Source: Anaerolineales bacterium (GTDB lineage: Bacteria > Chloroflexota > Anaerolineae > Anaerolineales > DRMV01). Taken from it: a stretch of 36,979 nucleotides of DNA. How positions within the stretch are numbered: the first letter of the stretch is position 1; each line of letters starts with the position of its first letter. The position numbers and the translations under genes are program-made. Shown here in pieces: positions 24,311 to 34,063 of the stretch. The stretch is taken from NCBI GenBank assembly GCA_026985995.1, contig JALSPJ010000131.1, positions 1 through 36,979 of the forward strand, read 5' to 3'. The notes beneath the pieces are model-generated. The model was not told the origin of the DNA. It saw only the letters and a program-made list of their open reading frames with translations, and ran no database searches.

Positions 24311-24433
24311 GCAGCGCTTTTCCAAGTCAATCACCCAGAGGCAGGGGGAACACGGAGAAACCTGGCAAGTTATCCTCCGTGTTCTCTGGGTCCCCGTGTG
24401 CAATGCTCACCCTTGGGGTTAGAAAAAGCCCTG
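24311..24433. mobile_element. MITE-like non-autonomous element with target-site duplication
   Basis: Imperfect TIRs CAGCGCTTTTCCAA / TAGAAAAAGCCCTG (11/14), internal inverted repeat GAACACGGAG...CTCCGTGTTC, flanked by direct repeat GGTCATCGC (24302-24310, 24434-24442). Confidence 0.6.
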
Positions 24434-24475
24434 GGTCATCGCATCCGGGTTTTACCCCTTTTGCGGAGGTCGCCC

Positions 24476-25477
24476 GTGAAGTTCCTCATCGCCGGTTTGG
24501 GCTCCATCGGTCGCCGTCACTTGCGCAACCTGCTGGCCTTAGGCCAGCGCGACATCGTCCTCTATCGCACCGGGCGCAGCACCCTGCCCGACGACGAGCT
24601 GGCCGGCTTCCCCGTGGAGCGCGACCTGACCGCGGCCCTGGAAAAACACCGGCCCACCGCGGTCATCGTGGCCAACCCCACCGCGCTGCATCTGGAAGTG
24701 GCCATTCCCGCGGCCCGGGCCGGCGCGCACCTGCTGCTGGAAAAGCCCGTGGCCCACGACTGGACGCAGGTACCGGCGCTGCAACAGGCCGTGGCCCAAA
24801 ATCGCGTCCGGGTGCTGGTGGGCTTCCAGTTCCGCTTCCATCCCACCCTGCAGACCGTGCGCCAATGGCTGCAACAGGGCCGCATTGGGCCCGTGCGCTA
24901 CGCGCGCGCCCACTGGGGGGAATATCTTCCGGCCTGGCACCCCTGGGAAGACTATCGCCAGAGCTACGCGGCGCGGGACGATTTGGGCGGCGGCGTCATT
25001 CGTACCTTGTGCCACCCGCTGGACTACATGCGGGACCTGCTGGCCGCGGCCGGGTTCGACGACCCCCAGGTCGCCGCGGCCTGGGCCGGGCACATCAGCC
25101 CCCTGGAGCTGCACGGCGTGGAAGACACCGCGGACATCACCCTCACTTTTGCCTCGGGCACGGTGGCCTCGGTGCATGTGAATTACATCCAGCGCCCCCC
25201 GCGGCACGACCTGGAACTCGTGGGCGACGCGGGCACCATTCGCTGGGACTACCCCACCGGGCGGGCCGTGCTGCTGGGCCCCGATGGCCGGGTGCAGGCC
25301 CAGGCTCACTTGCCCCCCGGCTGGGAGCGCAACGACATGTTCCTGGCCGAAATGCGCCACTTTCTGGCCCTGGTGCGGGGTGAGGAACCCTCTCGCTGCT
25401 CGTTGGAAGACGGCCTGGCCGCGCTGCGCCTGGCCCTGGAGGCCCGCCGGTTGGCCGGTTGGGAGGCGCGCGCATGA
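24476..25477 (+). CDS. Gfo/Idh/MocA family oxidoreductase
   Basis: GTG 24476 after GGAGG; AGLGSIGRRH, LLEKP, VGFQFRFHP, GEYLPAWHPWEDYRQSY, GGGV...HPLD. Confidence 0.9.
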   Translation: MKFLIAGLGSIGRRHLRNLLALGQRDIVLYRTGRSTLPDDELAGFPVERDLTAALEKHRPTAVIVANPTALHLEVAIPAARAGAHLLLEKPVAHDWTQVPALQQAVAQNRVRVLVGFQFRFHPTLQTVRQWLQQGRIGPVRYARAHWGEYLPAWHPWEDYRQSYAARDDLGGGVIRTLCHPLDYMRDLLAAAGFDDPQVAAAWAGHISPLELHGVEDTADITLTFASGTVASVHVNYIQRPPRHDLELVGDAGTIRWDYPTGRAVLLGPDGRVQAQAHLPPGWERNDMFLAEMRHFLALVRGEEPSRCSLEDGLAALRLALEARRLAGWEARA

Positions 25478-27168
25478 GCTGGCCCGGTCAGCGCGCCTGG
25501 CTGCGCTTGCTCGCGGCCCGGCTTTGGCGGCAACGGGGCCTTGTCCTCGCGGTCGTGTTGCTGGCCGTGGCCCTGGGCGAGGCCATGCTGCTATGGGCCA
25601 CCTGGAAGTGGGGCCTGGGGGCCAACTCCGATGGCCTGACCTACCTGGTGCTGGCCCGCAACTGGCACCGCTTGGGCTGGTATGGCCGCTTCACCCCCGC
25701 GGCCTGGAAGCCCATGACCCACTTTCCGCCGGGCTACCCCCAGGCCCTGGCCGCGCTCATGCCCTTCACCCAGGGCGATGAGGAACTTGCAGCCCGGGTC
25801 CTGGCCGTGCTGGCCCTGGCCGCGCTGGTGCTGTTGGCCGCCCGCGAAGTGTATGGCGTCACCCGGCACCTGTGGCCCACCGGGGCCGTGGCCCTGGTGC
25901 TGGCCGTGTCGTTTCCGGTGCAGCGGGTGGTGACCCTGGTGCTTTCGGAGCCCCTGTTTTTGGTCCAGGTGCTGCTTTTGGCCTGGGCCGTGGCCCGTTG
26001 GCTGGGGGAACCGCATCCGCGGCGGGCCGTGCTGGTGGGTTTGCTGGCCGCGTGGGCCATCTTCACCCGCTGGGTGGGGGTGGCGGTGTTGCCCTGGGTG
26101 GCGTTGCAGGTGTGGTGGGCCTGGCGCCGGTCCCGGCCGCGCGGCTGGCTATGGCAGGCGGGGCTGGCCGCGCTGGCCGCCGGGCTTCCCGTGGCCGCGC
26201 TGCTGGCTGCGGGGCGTTGGGTGGCGCCCGCGGCCACAGGGCGGGTTTTACGCTGGCACCCCCCTGGGCCGGAAAAATGGCAGCAGGCGGCCACCACCCT
26301 GGCCGCATGGTGGCACCCGTGGTTCGTGCACTGGGAACCGGCGCGCGAATGGGCCGTAGCCGGGGCCACGGTGGTGGTCTTTGGGGCCCTGCTGGCCTGG
26401 GCCTGGCGCGGCGCGCGGCCCCAACCCGTCGGCCGGTCCCTCGCGGAGCCTTTCCCCAAAACCCCCCAGCTGCAGGCCCACCTGGTGCGCTGGGGTGGCT
26501 GGGTCGCCGTGTATGTGGGTACCCTGCTGGCGGCCATCGCCTGGGCCGATGCCTCCACGCCGCTGGACTGGCGCTTGCTGGCCCCCGCATTCGTGGGCGG
26601 GGTGCTGGCCCTGGCCGGGGCCGCGTGGGTCACCCTGGCCCGCCGTTGGCCCACCGCGCTGCTGCTGGTCTGGGGGCTGGGGGTTTTCCTGCGGGTGAGC
26701 TGGACCTACGACCAGCACTTTTTGCTGCGCAAGATGCACAACCTGGGCGCGGGGCTGCGCAACGAAAAGTGGCAAACCGCGGCGGTATGGCCTGTGTTGC
26801 GCAGCCTGCCGCGGCCGGTGACGCCGGTGACCAACGAGCTGCGGGAGACCGAGTATTATATCGACCGCCCGGCTTGGTTCTTGCCCCCGCCGCCTAAGGA
26901 GAAAGATGGGCAATTTTATCGCTATGATGTGGTGACCGGCATCTACACGCCGATAGAGGTGGACCCGAACCGGCCCTGGGGCGAGGTGCTGGCCGAAACC
27001 TGGCGGGGGAAGTGCGTGGTGCTGGCGCTGATTACCGTGGGGTTAGAACCCGACGAGGCCGCGGCCGCGCGGCAGGCGCTGGCCGCCGGGCTCACCGTGT
27101 GGCAGGAACCGGCCGGCGGGGTGCTGTTCCTGCCGCCCGACGCGCCGGCGTGCTACAATACGCCCTGA
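25474..27168 (+). CDS. Polytopic membrane protein, probable GT-C glycosyltransferase (ArnT/PMT-like)
   Basis: SDGLTYL, HFPPGYP, LSEPLF, TRWVG motifs typical of GT-C loops; more than 10 TMs; ATGA-coupled to the upstream gene. Confidence 0.72.
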   Translation: MSWPGQRAWLRLLAARLWRQRGLVLAVVLLAVALGEAMLLWATWKWGLGANSDGLTYLVLARNWHRLGWYGRFTPAAWKPMTHFPPGYPQALAALMPFTQGDEELAARVLAVLALAALVLLAAREVYGVTRHLWPTGAVALVLAVSFPVQRVVTLVLSEPLFLVQVLLLAWAVARWLGEPHPRRAVLVGLLAAWAIFTRWVGVAVLPWVALQVWWAWRRSRPRGWLWQAGLAALAAGLPVAALLAAGRWVAPAATGRVLRWHPPGPEKWQQAATTLAAWWHPWFVHWEPAREWAVAGATVVVFGALLAWAWRGARPQPVGRSLAEPFPKTPQLQAHLVRWGGWVAVYVGTLLAAIAWADASTPLDWRLLAPAFVGGVLALAGAAWVTLARRWPTALLLVWGLGVFLRVSWTYDQHFLLRKMHNLGAGLRNEKWQTAAVWPVLRSLPRPVTPVTNELRETEYYIDRPAWFLPPPPKEKDGQFYRYDVVTGIYTPIEVDPNRPWGEVLAETWRGKCVVLALITVGLEPDEAAAARQALAAGLTVWQEPAGGVLFLPPDAPACYNTP

Positions 27169-27190
27169 CCCTTTCGCGGAGGTGCGCGGC

Positions 27191-27970
27191 ATGGAGATGG
27201 CCTTGGGGCTGCCCGCCCTGGCCGCGGGGCTGGGCATTGGTTTTGTATTGGGCCTCACGGGCATGGGCGGCGGCGCGCTCATGCTGCCGTTTTTATTGTG
27301 GGTGTTGCGGCTGTCGCCGGTGGTCGCGGTGGGCACCGATTTGGTCTTCACCACCGTGACCCGGCTGGTGGGCGCGGTGCAGCATCGCCGGCAAAAGACC
27401 GTGTGGCTGCGGCCGGTGTTCTACCTGGCCTTAGGCAGTTTGCCCGGCGCGTGGCTGGGCGCGTGGTGGGTGGTGCATCGGGCCGCGAGCGACAACCGCT
27501 GGCTTGAAGTGGGACTGCCGCGCCTCATCGGGCTCATGCTCATGCTGGTGGGCGGCATCACCCTGGGCCGCAGCCTGGGGTGGCTGCACGCGCCCGAGCT
27601 GAAGAAGGAACGCTGGCCCTCGGCCCGGGCCGCGTGGTTCATCGGCTTTGGCGGCGGTTTGGCCGTGGGCACCACTTCGGTGGGCGGCGGCACTTTGATT
27701 GCCGCGGTGTTCCTGCTGCTGTATGCGGTGCCGCCCCAACACCTGGTGGGGTTGGATGTGCTGCACGGCGCGCTGCTTTCGGGCGCGGCCATGTTGCCTT
27801 ACATTTGGAAAGGGCAGGTTTCCTGGGCGGTGTTGCCCTGGCTGTGGCTGGGCGCTTTGCCCGGCGTGTGGTTGGGTTCCCGCCTGGTAGCCCGCCTGCC
27901 GGCCCGCAAGGTGCACCTGGTCTTGGGAATTCTGGTATTATTGGCCGGGCTGCGGTTGCTCTGGCCGTGA
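27191..27970 (+). CDS. TauE/SafE (TSUP) family sulfite/sulfur-compound permease
   Basis: GLTGMGGGALM, AVGTDL, GTTSVGGG, LVGLDV, GALPGVWLGS. Confidence 0.9.
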   Translation: MEMALGLPALAAGLGIGFVLGLTGMGGGALMLPFLLWVLRLSPVVAVGTDLVFTTVTRLVGAVQHRRQKTVWLRPVFYLALGSLPGAWLGAWWVVHRAASDNRWLEVGLPRLIGLMLMLVGGITLGRSLGWLHAPELKKERWPSARAAWFIGFGGGLAVGTTSVGGGTLIAAVFLLLYAVPPQHLVGLDVLHGALLSGAAMLPYIWKGQVSWAVLPWLWLGALPGVWLGSRLVARLPARKVHLVLGILVLLAGLRLLWP

Positions 27971-28002
27971 CCCCCAGACGGACTTCGGCGGAGGTGTTCC
28001 CC

Positions 28003-29187
28003 ATGCGTGATTTGATTGCCCCCCATGGCGGCGTGTTGGTCAACCGGATGCTCACCGGCGCGTTGCGCGAAGCCGCGCGCGAGCGGGCCGCCGCGTTGCC
28101 TCGCATTCCCCTCTCGCGGGCCAACCTGGCCGACCTGGAAATGATTGCCGTGGGCGCCTACAGCCCCCTGACGGGCTTCTTGCGCCGGGACGACTACGAG
28201 CGGGTGGTGGCCGAGATGCGCCTGACCAGCGGCCTGGTGTGGCCCATCCCCGTCACTCTGGCCGTGGACGAAGCCACCGCGCGCGGCCTGCGGGAAGGGC
28301 AGGATGTGGTGCTGACCGAAGGCGAGCGGCCGTTGGCCCTCATGCACATCGACGAGATTTACCCCTACGACAAGGAGCGGGAGGCCCGAGAGGTGTATCG
28401 CACCACCGACCCCGCGCATCCGGGCGTGGCCCGGCTCTACGCCCAGGGCGACTATCTGCTGGGCGGCGATATTTGGGTCTTCGACCTGCCCCGGGCCGCC
28501 ACCGAGGAATTCCCCGACTTGCGCTACACCCCGGCCCAAACCCGTCGCCTGTTCGCGGCCCGGGGGTGGAAGCGGGTGGTCGCGTTCCAAACCCGCAACC
28601 CCATCCACCGGGCCCACGAGTACATCCAAAAGACCGCGCTGGAAATCGTCGATGGCCTTTTTCTGCACCCTCTGGTGGGCGAGACCAAAGCCGACGACAT
28701 CCCCGCGGCCGTGCGCATTGCCAGCTACAAGGTGGTGCTGGAGAAGTATTATCCTCAGGAGCGGGTGGTGTTGGGCGTCTTTCCCGCGGCCATGCGCTAC
28801 GCCGGCCCCCGGGAGGCCATTATGCACGCGCTGGCGCGCAAGAATTACGGCGCTACCCACTTCATCGTTGGCCGGGACCACGCCGGCGTGGGCAACTATT
28901 ACGGCACTTACGACGCGCAGAAGATTTTCGACGAATTCCCGCCGGAAGACATCGGCATTGTGCCGCTGCGCTTCGAGCACGCCTTCTATTGCCGGGAGTG
29001 CGGCACGGTGGTCACGGCCAAGACCTGCCCCCACGGGCCCGAGGCCTGGCTGTACCTGTCGGGCACCGAGGTGCGGGCGCGCCTGCGCCGCGGGGAGATG
29101 TTGCCGCCCGAGTTCACCCGCCCCGAGGTGAGCGAAGTGCTGCGCGCCGGCCTGCAGGCCCAGGCCGCCACCGTGCCGGGGAAATGA
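28003..29187 (+). CDS. sat: Sulfate adenylyltransferase (ATP sulfurylase)
   Basis: PHGGVLVNR, GAYSPLTGF, FQTRNPIHRAHE, MRYAGPREA, HFIVGRDHAG, CxxC...CPH Zn site. Confidence 0.96.
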   Translation: MRDLIAPHGGVLVNRMLTGALREAARERAAALPRIPLSRANLADLEMIAVGAYSPLTGFLRRDDYERVVAEMRLTSGLVWPIPVTLAVDEATARGLREGQDVVLTEGERPLALMHIDEIYPYDKEREAREVYRTTDPAHPGVARLYAQGDYLLGGDIWVFDLPRAATEEFPDLRYTPAQTRRLFAARGWKRVVAFQTRNPIHRAHEYIQKTALEIVDGLFLHPLVGETKADDIPAAVRIASYKVVLEKYYPQERVVLGVFPAAMRYAGPREAIMHALARKNYGATHFIVGRDHAGVGNYYGTYDAQKIFDEFPPEDIGIVPLRFEHAFYCRECGTVVTAKTCPHGPEAWLYLSGTEVRARLRRGEMLPPEFTRPEVSEVLRAGLQAQAATVPGK

Positions 29188-29240
29188 CCCGCGCCCGACC
29201 GCGCCTCGCCCCCTGTCGGCACATGCCGTTGGACGCGCCG

Positions 29241-29295
29241 GGCGCAGCACGCTGCGCCCCTACCGCGGCGGGCGACCCACCGGGCCGCCCCTACC
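29241..29295 (-). repeat. REP-like GTAG doublet, inverted copy
   Basis: Reverse complement of 6603-6657 with a few substitutions. Confidence 0.85.
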
Positions 29296-29331
29296 GCGCT
29301 GGTCACTCCCCGCTCATTGTGAGGTTTTCCC

Positions 29332-30567
29332 ATGCGCCAGGACCTGGACGCCCTCTTACGCCAACATCATGTGGACGGGCTCATTGCCGTGGGCCCCGGC
29401 GGGCACAACCCCGCGGTGGTGTATTTGACCGGCCGCCCGTTGCATCTTACCGACGCCTGGGTGGTGAAGAAACCCGGCCAGCCGCCGGTGATTTACCACT
29501 GGCCCATGGAGCGGGACGAGGCCGCCAAGGTTGGCCTGCCCACCCGGGATTTGACGCCCTTTGGCCTGCGCAACTTCCTGGAGGCCGCCCAGGGCGATGT
29601 GCAGCAGGCGCAGGTGTTGCGTACTCTGGCCCTGCTCGACGACGCGGGCCTGGGCCAGGGCCGGGTGGCCGTCACCGGCCGGGTGGAATTCGGCCCGCAC
29701 TTCGACTTGTGGCAGCGGGTGCAGCAGGCCCGGCCCGGCTTGCAGGTGGAAGGCCGTTTGGCCCAGCAGCTTTTGCAAGCGGCCCGGGCCACCAAGGACC
29801 AGGCCGAGCTCCAGCGCCTGCACAGCATGGCCGCCCGCACCGTGGAAGTGGTGGGCCGGGTGGCCGAGCGCCTGCGAGGGCTGCGGGCGGCATCCAATGG
29901 CCTGGCGGTGGACCCCCGCGGGGAGCCCGTGACCATCGGCCAGGTCAAGGCCTGGATTCGCCGCTGGGTGGCCGAGCTGGACATGGAACTCCCCCTGGCG
30001 GTGATTTTCGCCCAGGGCTATGACGCGGGGGTGCCCCACAGCGTGGGCGACGATGCCGCACCCTTGCGGGTAGGCGTGCCCATTGTGTTCGACATCTTCC
30101 CCCAGGAGGCCGGGGGCGGCTATTTCTACGACTTCACCCGCACCTGGAGCCTGGGCTACGCTCCCGACGAAGTCCAGGCCCTGCACGCGCAGGTGGTCGA
30201 AGCCTATCACGCGGCGCTGGCGCAAGTGCGGGCCGACGCGCCCGCGGCCGCGCCTTATGAAGCCGCCTGCCAGGTGCTGGAAGGCTACGGCCATCCCACC
30301 CAGCGCACGCACCCCGGCACTCAGCAGGGCTTCGTGCATAGCCTGGGCCATGGCTTAGGCCTCGACATCCACGAGGCCCCGCGGCTGGCCGCCGGACAAA
30401 CCCAGCCCTTGCAACCGGGCATGGTGGTCACCGTGGAGCCCGGCCTGTATTACCCCGAACGGCAGATAGGCATTCGGGTGGAAGACACGGTGGTCGTCGA
30501 GGCCACCGGTTCGGCCCGGGTGCTGGCCGAGTTTCCCCACGATTTGGTGCTGCCTTTGCGGGCGTAA
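29332..30567 (+). CDS. M24 family (Xaa-Pro) aminopeptidase
   Basis: GVPH, FDIFP, YDFTRT, HSLGHGLGLDIHE, TVEPGLY, GIRVED. Confidence 0.92.
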   Translation: MRQDLDALLRQHHVDGLIAVGPGGHNPAVVYLTGRPLHLTDAWVVKKPGQPPVIYHWPMERDEAAKVGLPTRDLTPFGLRNFLEAAQGDVQQAQVLRTLALLDDAGLGQGRVAVTGRVEFGPHFDLWQRVQQARPGLQVEGRLAQQLLQAARATKDQAELQRLHSMAARTVEVVGRVAERLRGLRAASNGLAVDPRGEPVTIGQVKAWIRRWVAELDMELPLAVIFAQGYDAGVPHSVGDDAAPLRVGVPIVFDIFPQEAGGGYFYDFTRTWSLGYAPDEVQALHAQVVEAYHAALAQVRADAPAAAPYEAACQVLEGYGHPTQRTHPGTQQGFVHSLGHGLGLDIHEAPRLAAGQTQPLQPGMVVTVEPGLYYPERQIGIRVEDTVVVEATGSARVLAEFPHDLVLPLRA

Positions 30568-30573
30568 AAGGCC

Positions 30574-31524
30574 ATGGCCGAGCCGATTTCCTCACCGCCA
30601 ACCGCGCCCGCCACGACGACCGCGCGGGCCTATGGGCTTTTGGGCCTGGCGTTGCTCATTCTGGGCTTCGCGCCCCTGTTGGTGCGCTATGCCCGGGCCG
30701 CCAGTGGGCCGGTCATTGCCGCCTACCGCATGACCGGCGCGTGGCTGGTCATTACCCCCTGGGTGCTGCACCGGCTGCGGCAGGGGGAACGGCTCCGCTG
30801 GGGCCGGCCGGTGGGTTGGGCCTTGCTGGGCGGCGCGTGCTTCGGCCTCGATTTGGCCCTGTGGAGCACCGGCGTGACCGTGGGCAATGCCACCACCCCC
30901 ACCCTCATGGTCAACACTTCCCCGGTGTGGGTGGGGCTGGCGACGCGCTTTTTGTGGCGCGAGCCCTTGCCCCGGCGCTTTTGGCCCGCGGTGGGCCTCA
31001 TGCTGGTGGGGGCCGCGCTGGTGCTCACCCGGGGCCAGCTGTCGGCTCTGGCGTGGGACCAGGGCGCATGGCTGGGATTGGTGGCCGCGCTGTTCTTTTC
31101 CGGCTATCAGCTCGCGGCCCAGCGGGCGCGAACCCAGGTCCCCACGGTCTGGGCCTTTTGGCTCACCACCGCGGGCGCGATGGCCGTGCTGTGGCCGTGG
31201 GTGTGGCTCGCGAGGTTGCCGTGGCGGGGTTTCGACGGACCCACCTGGGCCGCGTTGGCCGCCCTGGCCGTGGTGGTGCAAAGCGGCGGCTGGCTGCTCA
31301 TCCAGGAAGTGCAAGGTCACCTGCCGGCAGCCATCATCGCGCCGGTGCTGCTGGGCCAGCCGGTGCTCACCGCGGGCTTAGCCGCCTGGCTTTTGGGCGA
31401 ACGCCTGAGCCGGTGGCAGTGGGTGGGCGCGGGGCTGGTGCTGTTCAGCATCTACCTGGTGGTGATGCCCACCCCGCGCCCGGCCGCGCGGCAGGGGCGG
31501 ATGAATAACAGCAGAGAGCAATAA
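30574..31524 (+). CDS. DMT/EamA family transporter
   Basis: 10 TM pattern, AAYR, NTSPVWV, QPVL, LLGERL. Confidence 0.88.
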   Translation: MAEPISSPPTAPATTTARAYGLLGLALLILGFAPLLVRYARAASGPVIAAYRMTGAWLVITPWVLHRLRQGERLRWGRPVGWALLGGACFGLDLALWSTGVTVGNATTPTLMVNTSPVWVGLATRFLWREPLPRRFWPAVGLMLVGAALVLTRGQLSALAWDQGAWLGLVAALFFSGYQLAAQRARTQVPTVWAFWLTTAGAMAVLWPWVWLARLPWRGFDGPTWAALAALAVVVQSGGWLLIQEVQGHLPAAIIAPVLLGQPVLTAGLAAWLLGERLSRWQWVGAGLVLFSIYLVVMPTPRPAARQGRMNNSREQ

Positions 31525-32120
31525 GCAGGGAGCAGAGAGCAATGAGCAGGGAGCGGTGAGCGCGGTGGGAACGCGTGGCGGTGCGCCCGCACGGTAGGGG
31601 CGACCCGGCAGGTCTCCCGGCCTGGTAGGGGCGCAGCGTGCTACGCCGTGGGGATGTAACCGCGGATGACCGTGGATAAACGCGGATGATATGAAAAAAC
31701 CACGGAGTAACACGGAAAAACACGGAGGAATATCGTGAAATGGTAGGCGCGACCCGGCAGGTCGCCCGGCCCGGTAGGGGCGCAGCGTGCTACGCCGTGG
31801 GGATGTAACCGCGGATGAACGCGGATAAACGCGGATGATATGAAAAAACCACGGAGTAACACGGAAAAACACGGAGGAATATCGTGAAATGGTAGGGGCG
31901 ACCCGGCTGGTCGCCCGGCCCGGTAGGGGCGCAGCGTGCTACGCCGTGGGGATGTAACCGCGGATGAACGACAGCAGTCAGCGGTCGGCAGACAGCAGGG
32001 AGCCACGCGCGGCCCGCCACCTTCCAACCACCAGCCTCTAACCTCAAACTACCAACTTCTAACCACCACCCACCAACCACCAACTTCCTCCCTTCCCCAT
32101 GTCCTCGTGGCTCGGTGTGC
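31510..32120. repeat. Composite intergenic repeat array with ~2.5 tandem 149-bp units
   Basis: Units start at 31593, 31742 and 31891; each has the REP doublet and (CGCGGATxAA)n, and the two full units also carry (CACGGAxxAA)n. Flanked by (AGCAGAG/AGCAGGG)n heptamers on the left and (CCAACCA)n-like heptamers on the right. Confidence 0.9.
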
Positions 32121-32147
32121 GCAATGTTCCAGTTGCGGGGTCGGCCT

Positions 32148-33962
32148 TCAGCGCGCGCCGTAGCGCCCAAACTCCCGGGCCAGGGTGTCGACGGGAATGC
32201 GAATCATGGTCGGCCGGCCGTGGGGGCAGGTGCGGGGGTTCTCGCAGGCCAGCAGGTCCTGCAGCAGGCGTTCCTGGGCTTCGCGGCTCAACCGTTGGCC
32301 GCCCTTGACGGCCAGGGCCTTGCAAATGCGGGCCACCAGCCGGGCCTCCGCGTCGTGGGCCAGGGGCGTTTCGTCGTGTTCGATGTCGTCCACCGCGGCC
32401 CTCAGCGCGGCTTCCACATCCCGGCCGGCAATGGCCGCGGGCACGGCCCGCACCCGAAACATGCCCATGCCGAAGGGCTCCACCTCGAAGCCCACTGCCC
32501 GCAGGGTGTCCAGGTGCTCCTCCAGCAGCCGCGCCTGCCCCACGGGCAGGGTCACGGTCACCGGTTCCAACAGGGGCTGGGCGGCCTGGGGAACCCGACG
32601 CTGGGCCATGAGGCGCTCGAAGAGCACCCGCTCGTGGGCCGCGTGCTGGTCGATGAGGTATAGGCCATCGGGCCCTTCGGCCACCAGGTAGGTGGCGGCC
32701 ACCTGGCCGATGAGGCGCAGCAGGGGCTGCTCCATGCCGGGCAGGGGTGCGGCCCCGGCCTCGGTCTCGACCGGCTGTGCGGGCGGCGCGGGGGGTTCCC
32801 CCGCCACGTGGGATTTGTCCGGGGGCGCGGGCTGGGGGGTGGGTTCTGCCGGCGCCGCGGGTGCGGGGCCCCAGGGCAGGGGCTCGTCTTCCGCGGGCGC
32901 GGCCACCAGGTCCCATTCGGTGAGGGGCGCAGGGCCCCGGGCCAGGGGGGCATGGGCCAGCAGCGCCTTGCGCACCGCGCGCACCACGGCCCGAAACACC
33001 CGGTCCGGCTCGGCAAAGCGCACCTCGGCCTTGGTAGGGTGCACATTCACATCCACGGCCTCGGGCGGCAGGGTGAGGAACAGCACGGCCAGGGGATAGC
33101 GGCCTTTCATGAGCAAATGCTCGTAGCCCCGCAGCAGCGCGGCCGTGAGGGCCGGGTCCCGCACAGGGCGTTGGTTGACGAAGAAGAGAATGTCGCGGCG
33201 GTGGCTGCGGTTGAGGCCGGGCGGGCTGATGAAGCCGTGCACGGCCAGGCCCAGTTCCTCGGAGAGCACGGGCAGCATTTGCCGGGCCTCGCGAGGGCCG
33301 TAGAGCAGGGCCAGCACTTCGCGGCGGTCCCCGTGCCCCGCGGTGTTGAGGGCCATCCGGCCATCGTGCACCAGTTTGAAGCGCACCTGGGGGTAAGCCA
33401 GCGCGTAGCGCACCACCACCTCGTCGATGGCGCGCTTTTCGGTGGCTTTGCTTTTGAGGAACTTGCGCCGCGCGGGGACATTGTAGAACAGGTCTTCCAC
33501 CCGCACCTGGGTGCCCGGCGGCATGGCCACGGGCCGCGGCGGGCCGGTGAGCCGCCCGCCTTCCACGCGCAGTTCCGCGCCGGTGGCTGCGGTGGGCGGC
33601 CGAGAGCGCAGGGTGAGGTGCGACACCGAGCCGATGGCCGCCAAGGCCTCGCCGCGAAAGCCCAAACTGTGGATGCGAAACAGGTCCTCGGGCCCGCGGA
33701 TTTTGCTGGTGGCGTGGCGTTGCACGGCCAGGGGCAATTGCTCGGCCGGAATGCCATGGCCGTCATCGGTGACTTCGATGAGGCGGCGGCCCGCGTCGCG
33801 AATGCGAATTTCCACCCGCTGCGCGGCCGCGTCCAGCGCGTTTTCGACCAGCTCTTTGACCACCGACGCGGGGCGTTCCACCACCTCACCGGCCGCGATT
33901 TGCGACACCAGCTCGGGCGGCAGGGGCTGAATGGGGCGGGGAGACGAGGTTGCGGCGCTCAT
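32148..33962 (-). CDS. mutL: DNA mismatch repair protein MutL
   Basis: QIAAGEVVERPASVVKELVENALDA, RHATSK, LGFRGEAL, VDVNVHPTK, DQHAAHER endonuclease motif, CPHGRP. Confidence 0.97.
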   Translation of the reverse strand: MSAATSSPRPIQPLPPELVSQIAAGEVVERPASVVKELVENALDAAAQRVEIRIRDAGRRLIEVTDDGHGIPAEQLPLAVQRHATSKIRGPEDLFRIHSLGFRGEALAAIGSVSHLTLRSRPPTAATGAELRVEGGRLTGPPRPVAMPPGTQVRVEDLFYNVPARRKFLKSKATEKRAIDEVVVRYALAYPQVRFKLVHDGRMALNTAGHGDRREVLALLYGPREARQMLPVLSEELGLAVHGFISPPGLNRSHRRDILFFVNQRPVRDPALTAALLRGYEHLLMKGRYPLAVLFLTLPPEAVDVNVHPTKAEVRFAEPDRVFRAVVRAVRKALLAHAPLARGPAPLTEWDLVAAPAEDEPLPWGPAPAAPAEPTPQPAPPDKSHVAGEPPAPPAQPVETEAGAAPLPGMEQPLLRLIGQVAATYLVAEGPDGLYLIDQHAAHERVLFERLMAQRRVPQAAQPLLEPVTVTLPVGQARLLEEHLDTLRAVGFEVEPFGMGMFRVRAVPAAIAGRDVEAALRAAVDDIEHDETPLAHDAEARLVARICKALAVKGGQRLSREAQERLLQDLLACENPRTCPHGRPTMIRIPVDTLAREFGRYGAR

Positions 33963-34063
33963 GCCAGGGATTATAGCACGCAACGGCTTGCGCAGCGCCC
34001 GCGGGTTGGCGGGCCCATAGCACGGCCGGTTGCTCCCGCCTTGGCGTTTCTCTATTTAAATTT

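Noticed and set aside
23750-24475. N-terminal extension of the oxidoreductase ORF (likewise 13279-13626 and 27580-28002)
   Set aside because: GC-rich read-through overlapping other genes; internal starts have SDs and coincide with domain starts.
28003-29187. Evidence for dissimilatory sulfate reduction
   Set aside because: sat alone is not diagnostic; no apr, qmo or dsr genes in the window.
31593-31970. CRISPR array
   Set aside because: Units are 149 bp and almost identical throughout; there are no unique spacers and no cas genes.
31378-32170. Short minus-strand ORFs with repeated peptides (also 6332-6820)
   Set aside because: They are translations of the non-coding repeat mosaic and have no coding features.
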